In this document: positions 11,850-24,500 of the stretch, one piece after another
How the letters are laid out: every line of letters begins with the position of its first letter
Position numbering within the stretch: position 1 is the first letter of the stretch
Assembly (NCBI RefSeq): GCF_964204865.1
Contig: NC_135252.1
Coordinates: 15,376,001 to 15,440,000 of the forward strand
Reading direction: 5' to 3'
Source: Styela clava
Lineage: Eukaryota
DNA: 64,000 nucleotides
The notes under the pieces: model-generated
What the model was told of the DNA's origin: nothing
Database searches by the model: none
The model's input: the letters and a program-made list of their open reading frames with translations, nothing else
Program-made: the position numbers and the translations under genes

Positions 11850-13000
11850 TTTATAATAAAAGTAGTCTCGGACAGAAGTTGAGTCAGAACGCTACTGGTA
11901 TATGGTACTCTATTTCAGTTTACAGTACGACATAGTCTGCCCATACCCTACTGGTATATGATATGGAATATACTGCTGTACTGGCTTAGTTGAAAATCGA
12001 GTGGATTTTATTTTAACTAAACGCAGAAACGCATCTGTCAAGTATTTCATTTCCGTCCTAGACAGACTTTAAAAAAAAAATTTCACATCACATTCTGTTT
12101 GGGATTATTCAAGCAGTTTCGGTACCAAAGTTACCCCAGCCCACACTCGCTCAGCCCACACTCAGCCTGACGTCAATGGGTCAACCAACTATTTTACCAC
12201 TTTATAAACGTTAATACATAAAAACTTGGTGGCTATGACAATATAGAGACCATATTGGATATACACAGCGCAAATGCAATACCAAGCACGGACCAGTTAC
12301 CCCTAGTATGGCCTGTCAAAAACGAGTGTGGGCTAGCGTCTCACGAGTGTGGGCTAGCGTCACACGAGTGTGGGCTGGCATCCTACGAGTGTGGGCTAGC
12401 GTCACACGAGTGTGGGCTGGCGTTCTGACAGTGTTATACGGTAAGTTAAGGCATCCTAAACGCTCACAGATTACTAAATTACATATATCCACGTTTACCT
12501 CAGCACCAGAACCTCTCAGAGTCCGGCAATTGAAAGCACAAAATGTGGTAGACTAATCCTGTAATCGGAGACTTCATACAAAACCAGCTTGGCCATATTT
12601 TTTTAATACGGGAAACTTATTATTTTTTCTTCGCTGCTCACTGTTTAGAAATCAATACCGGTACCGGTACGGTATTCAATTTAACAACGGCAATCGCCTG
12701 ACCTTTATAAAATACCGGTACCGTAATTACAATCTGAATATATAAAGTGTGTCACGTACTGAAGAACTGTACCGGTACGGTATACAACTAAATAAAAAGA
12801 TTTTGATAATTTTAAATATACCGGCTGCACCCGTACCGACACCATACGGTAACTCAGTAACTAGCCTCCTCCCACACCAAATAAAAAGGTCCAGACGAAA
12901 ACGGACTCTTGCGCGAATACTAACCCTATACTTATATTTTTGCGACTGGCGTTATGCAAAACAAACATTTGCGAGAATGCAATCGCAGAAACAACTTAGC
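11850..13000 (-). promoter_or_regulatory. Putative promoter region for the minus-strand gene cluster
   Basis: Visible rise in CpG content relative to 1-11.3 kb; cluster of TACCGGTA/GTACCG/TACGGTA motifs at ~12656-12850; position upstream of RIC8. Function is inferred. Confidence 0.4.
12322..12426 (+). repeat. Minisatellite, 5 x 21 bp (ACGAGTGTGGGCT(A/G)GC...)
   Basis: Five head-to-tail units at 12322, 12343, 12364, 12385 and 12406; two inverted core copies (AGCCCACACTC) at ~12138-12163. Confidence 0.9.
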
Positions 13001-13543
13001 GACAATGAATGAGCAGATAGATGGATAGATAGAAGTTTATTCATCACCCAGTCATTAGCCAACAAATCAAACACAAACAACAACATTCAATAAGTAAAAG
13101 AAGAATAAATCGACTAACAACGGAATTGATAGGAGGTTGGAAGGACCATACGGTCACTAAATCAAGCAGCGAATAAATTTTTGAGAAAAAGAAAGATATT
13201 CATATTTGATTTATCCTGAAAATAAGGGGAACCAATATAATAGGACAGCCGTGTGTATATGTATATATATAAGTTTATTTTGTTTTTGCGAATGAATCGA
13301 AATAAAATCTATCTATCAAGATGCACACATATAGCCTAGGGATAAGTTAATTTATAAGATATTCTAGCCAAGATAAAAGTTTTTGCATTTATAGAAAATT
13401 TAAGTGATTTGATTAGGTACCTTACCTGCTGTGCTGGGATATTCACACATTCAATAGTTGATGCAGCGCACGCAATAGTCCCAAATGAACGCTTTCAAAA
13501 GAGGTATGAATACACCTGCTTCGAATCAACGAAGCATGTTCAA

Positions 13544-14313
13544 TGTAATTTTTGAGGGGTAATTAGCCTCGTCATAGGCTGACGCGCGACGTCGTTAATT
13601 AATTAAGATTCTAATCCACCCTATCCTCATCGGTAGCGGTAGCTCAGGGGAAACGTAGTAACACGATCAAACATTACGACTTTGGTTCGAACCCCACACG
13701 GTAGATTGAGTTGAGGGAATGGACCAGCAGACATGACAGACAGCCGAGGGGTAAAGAGGGCAGACGAGAACAGAGTTGAAAAGGAAATAGAAGCCAGTGA
13801 GTGAGTGGAGAAGGCCAAGCGGATCAGGAGGGTGGAGCGAAAATAGAAATCACCAAGGGGACCACTGAGAGAGACAGTGAGAGTGAATTAATCAAGGCGT
13901 AGCCATGGAAATCGGAAAATGAGCGAAAATACATCAAGCCAGAAGGCCAAGCGATCAGAGCGGAGCGCAATAATAACAATCAGCGAGTAGACGAGTGAAA
14001 GTAAAAAGTTAATAATGGGAAATTGGCGAAAAGAACAGCCAAGAGGAGAGAAGCGCGATCCAGCGAAGCCAATTATAGTAATCACGAGATAATAGGAGAC
14101 ACGAGTGGGAGTGGTGGATTCAGCGAGGCCAAAAAATGTAACGAGTTAAAAATAGGAAGGAAATTGGCGAAAAGAGCAGCCAAGAGGAGAGAAGCAGCAC
14201 GGGGTTAGAGTGACCGAAATCAGCGGTAGGAGGAAGAAGGGTAAAAAAAAAACTTGACAAACAATAAGTAAATGATATGATGTAGTCCTAAGTTGACGCA
14301 ACCACAGCTTACA
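13544..14313. mobile_element. Probable solo LTR (Gypsy or BEL/Pao type)
   Basis: 770-bp purine-rich block bounded by TGTAA...TTACA. Flanks TTCAA / TCCAA match 4/5 as a TSD. Internal direct repeat AAATTGGCGAAAAGA.CAGCCAAGAGGAGAGAAGC at ~14020 and ~14161. Confidence 0.65.
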
Positions 14314-14374
14314 TCCAACACAATTAAGCCAATGGACATCATCGGTCATGAATTGCCGACTTTGGGATTTTTAA

Positions 14375-14689
14375 AATGGCGATATATCTTGCTTAAAATA
14401 ATCTTGAGGATTGAAAAAACAACACAAATTCGACGAATCAAAATATCGCAAAAATACGATTCCTATCAATCTATGGTTGGAAGTTTAGCACGTATTTGAT
14501 GTTATTTTAAAATAATAATCTTTCATTTCAGTAATGGCGATATATCTTGCTTAAAATAATCTTGAGGATTGAAAAAACAACACAAATTCGACGAATCAAA
14601 ATATCGCAAAAATACGATTCCTATCAATCTATGGTTGGAAGTTTAGCACGTATTTGATATTATTTTAAAAAATAATCTTTCATTTCAGT
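14375..14689 (+). repeat. Recent 158-bp direct tandem duplication
   Basis: 14375-14532 and 14533-14689 are nearly identical (about one substitution and one 1-nt indel). Confidence 0.92.
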
Positions 14690-15588
14690 TATCGTGATAG
14701 TAAAATCTCAACTCAAAGGCGAGCTACGATGGACACAATTAAATGACTATGACAAGACATTATAAACGTTCTCATCGGCCACGGATTGAATATTTTATGC
14801 AACAGAAAACTCGTTATCCGCTGAAAAGTCTTTGTTCAACGAGTTGCCTAATCGCGAATAAGGTTGCGTGGAAATTTTCGATCCCAAATTTGGCCTTCCC
14901 CTCCCTTTCAAAAATCCTGGCTGCGATCCTGCTTATAGAAAATGTGATATATATATTCGAATTTCCGCATTGTTGCCATATTTCGACGGCTCAGTTGCCA
15001 AATCTCATTTCAACTGTTGTTATTGCCTCTTTGGACTGTTACAAAATTAGCCGATCTATAATCGAATTGCTCGCGGAGCCCCTAGTTTTCTCTCACGAAG
15101 CCCTGTGGCTTTGTACGGAGCACTTTGAGAACCTATGCTCTAATATCTGAGTGCTATGTGTTAAAAAGTTTTGACACTTATTTTGAAGGCAAAAATATTG
15201 GAAATTATTGCGAGAACATTGTTTTCCTTGATAAAGTTTCAGTAAAAGGACGAAATGTATACCCAATCAGATATTTACCTATTTAAAGCCATTTATTTAA
15301 AAACATAACAACCTCAACATTAAGTATTTGTAAAGAAAAATGAACATATTTATATAACGAGAGTCGAGCACCATCGTAAAATGAAACACTTATACTGTAT
15401 GAACCACTCATTGTCGTGTATAAAAAGGATCCTTTGGTACAAAAAATTGATGGTGCAGAACAAGAAAAAACTCAATAAAAAACTTTGGGAAAAAATGCTC
15501 ATGGCAAGTTTTCTGAACGCATTCGTCAGTAATCCAATCTTCTGACTTCTTTTGTGAACACAGAAGAAAATATTGCTTCTTTTGCCTA

Positions 15589-18500
15589 CTACTGATGTGT
15601 GAGCTGGGCATTGACCAAACTGAAAAAATTAATTGAAAATAGAATTCAGTGCTGGCATAAATGCAAAACAAATACTACTCAAGTATCATTAAAGATAGCT
15701 GGCATGTACGTCATCATGTCTTTTAAGAATTCTACACAGACATCAAGAAAAGTAAATGGAAATAAAATCGGAAGAGAACAGACAAGACTGCAAGATCGAC
15801 CGACCTCTAAAGAAAAATTATGACTGTTAGCTGTTCAGGTGACAAGTAAATAATAATAAATCCTAACCAAATGCGGACTGCATAGAAGGAAAGTAATGAG
15901 AATTGAGAAATATTTTCATTGAAACTTGAGAAACAAGAGAATATTAGGCGTTCTGGCCCAAACCCAGATTGATAATAACATTCAAATATATACGGACAGC
16001 CCTAATTAGTATTTACACTTTAGGAAAATCAATGAGCATAACACGTGAATAAATAAATGAAAAATGGAATTACTAATAGATAAAAAAATAAAAAATTCGA
16101 ATATTCGCTTTGGACAATGTAAAAAAGATGAAATAAAAAACATCATAAGTATACATGGTTGACTATCCCCAAATTCCAAAATGAAGTTTTATTTCTAATC
16201 AGCAAAATTTTTTACTTCAGTAAAATTATTAATATTGACGAAGAAGGAAATATTGAACCTCAATATTAAAATTCAAACCACGCTTATTATGCTGATAGCA
16301 AGTAGGCGTCTATGTTATGATTATACCTGTAGAATGCGCCTCGCTTCTTTAGAAGTTCTTCATGTGTTCCAGTTTCGACAACTTTGCCCTTGTCAACAAC
16401 TGCGATGATGTCTGCATTTTTAACAGTTGACAATCTGTGTGCTATTATGATACTTGTACGACCTTTCCGTGCTTTGTCTAATGCTTCTTGCACAATCTGT
16501 AAAACATATCAAAAAATATTAAAGAAGACGTCTTATATTATATTCAGTCATTCGCAAAACTACAAATCATATCAGTGAGGTAAATTACAGTATATACGGT
16601 ACTAACAACGGCAGCGCTTTATCAGTTGGGAATAACTGCAAACAGATTTTATTCAAAAATTTGACATCTTACATTTAAAATATCTCTTTATGTGTATTAC
16701 AACGCAAATATATTTAGATTAATTTGGAGTAACCAGTTTGGTAGAAATGCTAAAAGGATGAAATCATCATGCTGAATAGTTTAACATAATACCTTTTCAC
16801 TTTCTGTATCCAATGCTGATGTTGCTTCATCCAGTAATAATATAGTTGGTTTTCTCAATAAAGCTCTCGCAATAGCAATTCTTTGTTTCTGCCCACCAGA
16901 CAGTTGGCCACCTTTTGCACCTGCTTTTGTATTGTAACCCTGACCATTTGAAAAGTTGTAGGAACAGGCATTAATAAATTTATAATATAAGGGCAATTTC
17001 CTGTCTCAACATGAAGTTGTGCATTATGTTATTTTACGATACAATTACCTATGAAAAACAATCAGAAGCTATCGAAAAACAGCAAACAAATGATAAACGG
17101 CCAAAACTCAGGTTAATTCAATATTTTGAACTTCAACTGATTTCAAAAAGGTAAATAGCAGTATTAAAACACTTAAAAGACTGCAAAATACAATAAATAA
17201 ATAAACTACAAACCTCAGGAAGACCGGATATAAATTCATGAATATTTGCACCAGCGGCAGCAGCAGTTACCTCTTTATCAGTGTATGGTCGTGTTTTGTC
17301 ACCAAGTCTACGCAATTATAATACGGAAGAATTTAATGAAATATAACTTTATAATGCCCTTACTGGTACTTGGTTTTTGTAAATTAATTCAGTTAACAAT
17401 TTTTTCTGGGAGACAAATGCATGTTGCTACACTAAAATCCAGGCAACTAAATATGGGGAGAATAAAAAATTAAATTTTCAGAAGCCAGAATTCGGAAAAA
17501 CACAGTCGATTTTTTTCTGCATTCCTTCATAAATTTTTTCTATATGTATTATATTGGCTGTATTTGATTGATATAATAAATTCCTGATTTTCGAAGATTT
17601 TTTTCTTCTGGATGAAATATCATTTCAGCCACTTGAAAGTCGAATTTTTAAATATTGTGCAAATTTCACTGCTAATGTGGCCAAAATTGAGAATATATTT
17701 CATATTCTATACTTCAAAAATTTCCTCGATTGCATTATTAAATTATTCAGTTTTGGCAATCTCTGCTTGTCAATCATGTTAGTACGAAATGAATATAAAA
17801 AAATTATTTGATGAAATGTTTGTGTTTGCATGAAAACGTGATATCTTATGAAACCTAGTCTGTGTTTGAATACCCCACCTAATTGCAGCAAATTGAATGT
17901 TTCAACTAAATAATAGATATGAACAAATTTGAATTCTTCTAACAAATTTTAAGAAAGAATATAAAATTACAAAATATTTTCTTTGATGCTTATATTGAAC
18001 AAGACAGGTTCTTGTGATACAATTCCCATTTGTTGTCTCATCCATGCCACATTCAATGTTTTTACATCAGAACCATCAACCATCTGGAAATAAATAAAAC
18101 ATAAAAATTAGAATAATCCATTGGAATCAAGCCATTATCTAAGTATAGATCCACGATCAGATGAACAAACCATCTATCTTTTAATCAGAATATATTCAAT
18201 ATGTGCCATGCTACAAAGAAGAAGGAAATGCTTATATTGCATTAAAATTAAATTCTATTTCTCCATCAGTTTTTGATTTAAATTTACAGTCTCCCGAAAA
18301 AATTCTGAAATTAGAAATATTTTGAGCTAGAACAAATCAAAAAAATTCTACAACTTTCTCAGACCAAGTTCCACAAGATCTTATATCACAATATTTTAAC
18401 CGAAGCATCTAACTGACATTGAAGAAATAATTCATTAATTAATACAGTGGTTCTCAAAACTTCTTGGTATTGCGACACCTTTAGGAAAATATGTTAAAGT

Positions 18501-21500
18501 TGCGACTTCCCGTGAAAAACGTCTTAATATCTTTCAATGAATAACATCTTTCGCAATGAGTTTTATTTAAGTTGTGCCCGAAGAAAACTGCCGCGGTGTC
18601 AATATTGAATATCCGTTTGAGTCCACACGCAGGCGAAGTGCTGAACGTTGCTCAACAACGCTCTGTACGTCCATGTTTATAAAAAGGATTAAAAATGAAT
18701 GACATGCATGACTCAAGCCTACCTAGTGTGTGAGTGTGATGTCATCATGGGAACAGTATTGAATGACCCATGACATTAGGAAGGTCTCATATAAATAACG
18801 TTGATCGTTACAATTTTTAAATCGACAGTCTTCTCCAGTTTTCAAGTGTGATTTAAATTTTAAACAATAACAACGAGAAGTTTTACTTTGTCTACGCATC
18901 GCAGGTATAATTCCGCAAAAAAGGAAAAGTTTTGCGAATGCCCTTGAAAAAGTAAAACGACGCACTTGGGCGCCGCGACGCCCACTTTGAGAACCACTGA
19001 GTTGATACATACCACTCCTCCTTCCACCACATCATAAAATCTTTCAATAAGTTGAATACATGTAGATTTTCCACAACCTGATTGTCCAACTAGAGCAAGT
19101 GTACTACCAGATGGTACACTGACATCAAGCCCTTCCAATACAAGTGTATCTGGTCTGGTAGGATATGTAAAGTCTACAGATTTGAATTCGATGTTGCCTT
19201 TGCAAGTATGCTGTAATAAAGTAAAGTCATTTTGGTTACTGGGTTTCAAAATTGCAATTACTGATACTGTATATATAAGACTTGAGTGTTGGAATGTGCA
19301 TTGGTTCAACGGAAATAGCACCAAACGATTCAAACCGTTGGTCATGCTATTTATTACTATTGAGGACTCAATAACTTAGTCAGGCTATCCTGAATTAGAA
19401 GATTGTTTGGACAACAGTGAATCTATGTTGCAACAGTCATGCAATGCATGTTATTCAAATTATCGACTTGAATGACGAACAACCTTTAAACAAAAAGAAT
19501 TTATTGAATTGGCTTTTTAATCGATAATTGGAACATATGCCGAAAATCATTACAAAAAATATCAAAAATTTTGATAATAATTGTATTTGTTAAACAATAG
19601 TTCAGAAGTATGTTGGTAAAACGACTATTGTAATAAAATACAAACAACTTACTGGTTTATGTCCTTTATCACTGTAGGCATCAATAATAGGTTTCGAATC
19701 AAATAACTTGAACATTCTAGCAGCCGATACTTGTGCTTCTGCAGCATCAGGTGCGAATGAACTGTTTTGTCCAACTGCCATAGCCCCAAATATAACAGCA
19801 GTAAGGACCCTGTGATTGAAAATTCAAATATTTCAAATGATTGATATACACTTAGATGCAAGATATACATATGCAAGCTAACCCAAACTCGAGGCAGCGA
19901 AATCAGCACTTAAAACAAATTCAAAACCCAGAAAAACTTAAATAACTCGAACTATAGTTTATAGTATGTAAAACATGCATCTCCCCATCTGATGCCAGGT
20001 ATATGGATAAATTGCAAGTTGATAGTTACGATCAAGTAGGCTTTCTGGCATAATCAATCAATTAGCAAAGTCGAAAGTGTATGGTCTTCTCCGAGGAATT
20101 GTATTGCTGATTGTTTATTATTACTTATCGATTTTAATCGGTAAGTATGTTGATAGGTAATTGTCCGTTTGTTTGTTAGATGCACGCGATATCTCACGGA
20201 AGCGAGATATAATCTGCTCCAGATCTTGCATGTGCATTCATCATATATGTCGGACCAGAAGCCTATTGATTTTGGATGAATTATTTCGTATAATTAGCGA
20301 GTGATTAATTAATTAGTGATGGGACACAAGGTGTCACCATGGAGTAAGAGCGCTGTTTTGGGGGATCCCCTGGGAGAAAAATTAGCATAACCAAGATTCT
20401 TGATTTTGGACAATTAAATTAAATTGAGAGTAGTAATTTTAGAATACCATAGTTTACACATCCCTTTATAATAATTTACAAAGATGAACGAGCACTACTC
20501 TGGGCAGTGATCACTGAATAGTAAACGAAATACCGTGACGAAGAAAGAAACTGAGTTTATACTGTGAACCGTAATTCCAGGAATAACTTACTTGAAAACA
20601 TCTTCGAATGACATATCCTCAATTTCAACCAAATATATTCCAAGGCGAAATATTCCAGCGTATGCAAAGTAAATGACACATTGCGAGAAACCATAGCCAA
20701 GACCAGTGATGAGAGCTTTTTGGTTTGCACTTCTGCAAAAAAAAATAAAGATTAGAAATCTAAATAGCATAAGAAATTTATGGTATTATTCAACATACTT
20801 TGCAGGTTCCTCCAGTCTTTCATTGTAAATCTGAAAAACCTTTTCTTCTTTTGTCAAAGAAGCAACAGTACGAATATTATTCACAGCTTCAGTTACTATT
20901 TTGCCTGAAATGTAAGTCATTGAGTATATTGAAACAAACAGCAGATCTTATCTTGGCTCTCTATGAATTTTCATGAATGATCCAAACTTTTAATTATCAA
21001 TATTGTATCATAAGCATAATCAAAGTATATGACCAGCGTGTTGGTATTACAGGTTGAATGAATAATCAATTAAATTGAATTATAACAATAGTAGGAAACA
21101 TAAAATTGTTCTTCACAATTTACATGAATATCTAATATACACATTTTCGAAATTTGCTTGGCTTTTACTTTTTTAAGCTAAAATATAAACAAGGTTTAAT
21201 TTCAACGAAGTTTCCAATTTACAAAAAAATTATGCTAATTTGAACTTTTTTCTTGTTCAAATAACTTATTTCTGTATAATTAGAACATACTTGCTTCCTC
21301 GTATATTTGTTTATCTTCATCTCCTTGTCCCATCAACAGAGCCATTTCCAAGAATCCTCCGATCATAAGGAAAGGTACGAATCCGATCGTTAGTAAAGTC
21401 AATTTCCATCCATATGCAAAAGCAATTCCAAGGGCAACACCTGTTAAAAACACATTACGATTTTATGAATAGTGAAGCTTCATGAAAAATTGGCCAAGAA

Positions 21501-24500
21501 ATATTAATCTTTCATTCACAATAATGCCCTTTGCCATCATTATCAGGATTTGAGAACATGAGTCTGTATCATACTTAAGACTATGATATTACATTGATAG
21601 ATGAATATTCTAAAAGTCTTCTTACCTAATGAGCAAAAGTTCTTGAGCATTGTTCCCAATCTCACACCAGTACATCCTTGCACTCTTGATGCATCAGTTG
21701 CAAGTCTCGAACACAGAGCACCAGTACTATGCTTATGATCATCAAAATAGGAAATATCCTGTCGAACCATAGATTCGAATGCCTTTCTTCGTAGACGTGT
21801 CGTCAATTCCATTCCAGACTTGGAAAACAAGGTTGCCTGAAAATCACAAAAGTTTTATTTATCATACACTCAGTATTTCTGTACGATTCAAATCGATATC
21901 CCTGCTTCTAAACTAGTAGTTATATGACTGTTTATGATCTGCCATATCAAAAAGCTACCTTGCCTCGAATTTAATATACCAGTGGCAGTAATCACAAATT
22001 CACAAATGTGAGTGCTGAGCGAAATACTGAAATGAACATTTATTTATTCATGCCATGTGACTAATATGTTTGTAACATATAGCCTGAATAAAATCTCAAA
22101 TTTAAAATATTTGAAATGACATAATGTCAAGAAATCAGGTGAATATTGGACATGGGCTTCAAGTTCACTATGTGAGAAAACTTGGCGCACAATACTATTT
22201 GCAACAAACTATTAATCAAATCTTGACACTTCTATATTCAGAGGAATGCAAAGCATTTCGTTTTATAGGTACTATACAAGCAATTCCCGTAAGCATATCA
22301 CAAGGACTGACTCTAAAGTTTAAAATAAATAAAAAGTTTTTCTAAACAAACCTCCATTGTGTAAGCAATGAAAGCAACAACTCCAAGTCCAAGGAACAGA
22401 CATGCGTGTAAAACAGACAAATATTGTTGCTTTTCCACATCACCTTCTGTGAATATAGTCAGAACAGAAGCAAACAATATTGCATTCACAGGATCAACAG
22501 AACCAGCCATTGCAGCAAAGATACAACCAACTGTAATATGTAGAAAACACATATTTTAAAGAAATTTCTATTCATTTAAGTTGTAATACTTTTCATTATA
22601 ATTTATTTTCAAAAACAATGTTAATTTGATCAATTGAGCAATAAGTCAAAAAATTACAAATTTGACAGCGTCAAAAACATGATTGCCATCAGGTCGCAGC
22701 TTATCCTAATCAGATGTTGCCTGGGCTATTAAGGGATTTATGCATTCGAAAGAGAGTCACAGTGTGGATCTTCCATAATGCCAGATGTCCTTCCTATAGG
22801 TTGCAAGACCATCAACATCTGGTTAATTTTTAGATACAACGGCTTAACTCACATCCAATATAACACCCTTCAGGTTTATTCATCTGCATGATTCTGGTGA
22901 ATGGAGCATCTGGCAAATCTTCCTTCTCATCCTCGCCTTCACCATCATCCTGACAAAAAACAGCATCCTAGTCTCAAGATATTGAAAACATATTTTTAAT
23001 AATGTCTAACTTAACAGTTAGATCCTCAAACCATTGATTTCAATTGGCCAATTTATATTGTTTATTAATCAGGGATTCTAATTCATTCAGATTAGGGTGG
23101 TCTAAGTTTGTAATAGGAAATGAACGTAGCAGCGTTGCTTTAAGATAATAATGCTCCAGGCTAGAAATCTTGAGTTATTTGTGCAATGAAATGAGGTAGA
23201 GCTGAAACGTCTTCATGCCAGAACTTTTGTTTATTGCTAAAAATAACACTTCATGAAATATTTTTCCACTCTACAGTCTCAGAAAGACATCCCAATCTCA
23301 GTCAGGAGTGTGAAATCGTAATGTGCGAGATTTATTCAGGATTATACGTTCAGATGTCAGTTCAATGGGCTACATGGGAACAAAAAGCCTACGATTAGGC
23401 CAAACTGACTTGAATTTGATCACTGTTTATATATTAGCAAGCTCATTTATCATTTGTAATCCACGACGATCTAAAAATAGTTATTTCTCAAATCTATACT
23501 CACTTTGTCTCCACTAAACTCATTATGAGAAGAAGTTACAAATCCTGTGGTTGAACCTAGACGTCTAAATTTATGAGAAGATTTTCTCTTGAGTGATGTC
23601 TGAGTAGAGAACCGGTTATCACTATCTGTAAAGACGAATAATAAACTTAGTATTTCAAAACAAATGACAAGCTATTAAAAATACATATGATAAGCACTGT
23701 CGTTCATCTGTTAACACAAGAATCCTCATTAATTAATGATTCGCTAATCGAAGTGCAATATATCTGGTGAACGAAAATGATGAATTATCCCCATACTATA
23801 CCGTATCTTACGAACAGACGAGATGCTGTGATTCAGTATATAATAAACCGTCTTACTATCAACTATATCCTGCTTGTGATAAATATGAAAACCCCATCCT
23901 TAACCACAACCATTTTGTTGATTTATTTCAGAAGACTAACGGCATTATCAAATAATGACCATGATTTACCTTCATGCAAGATAAGATGGATGAATTAGAT
24001 AAACAATTTAACTATTTTATAAGTTTGTAGTAATACAGAATCAGTTTAAAAGTACACATCATACGCATATCTCATTTTTTTCAATCCTTTTTATCAATGA
24101 CTGTGCTATACATTTTAATTCACAGATTTTTCTACTTCGTGAAGCCCAACAACCCACACAACGAATACAAAGATTGAAAAGTTTATTTCCTTAGTATTTG
24201 AATACCTTTCTCTGGCGGAGGTGTGATAGACCTGTTAGTATTGACCACCTGCATGTTGATCAAGTTTTTATAAACTCCATCAGGATTTGTAAGCAATTCA
24301 TCATGAGTTCCAATTTCAGCAATTTCACCTTCTTGGAAAGCAACGATTTTATTGGCATTTTTGATGGTGGAAAGTCTGTGAGCGATTACAATGGTTGTTC
24401 GACCTAAATTTAACATTAAAAAGAATATAAAACTATAATTTCGATGGAAAAACATGCCACAACACTATGCAAATGATTCAGTAAATTATGTATGAAACCA

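Noticed and set aside
12322-12426. CRISPR-like array
   Set aside because: Units are contiguous with only ~6 variable nt and no unique spacers; no cas genes; eukaryotic context.
16287-16326. C-terminus [12 protein letters not shown] from the ORF track
   Set aside because: Read-through into an intron; both copies have a conserved terminal exon encoding [10 protein letters not shown].
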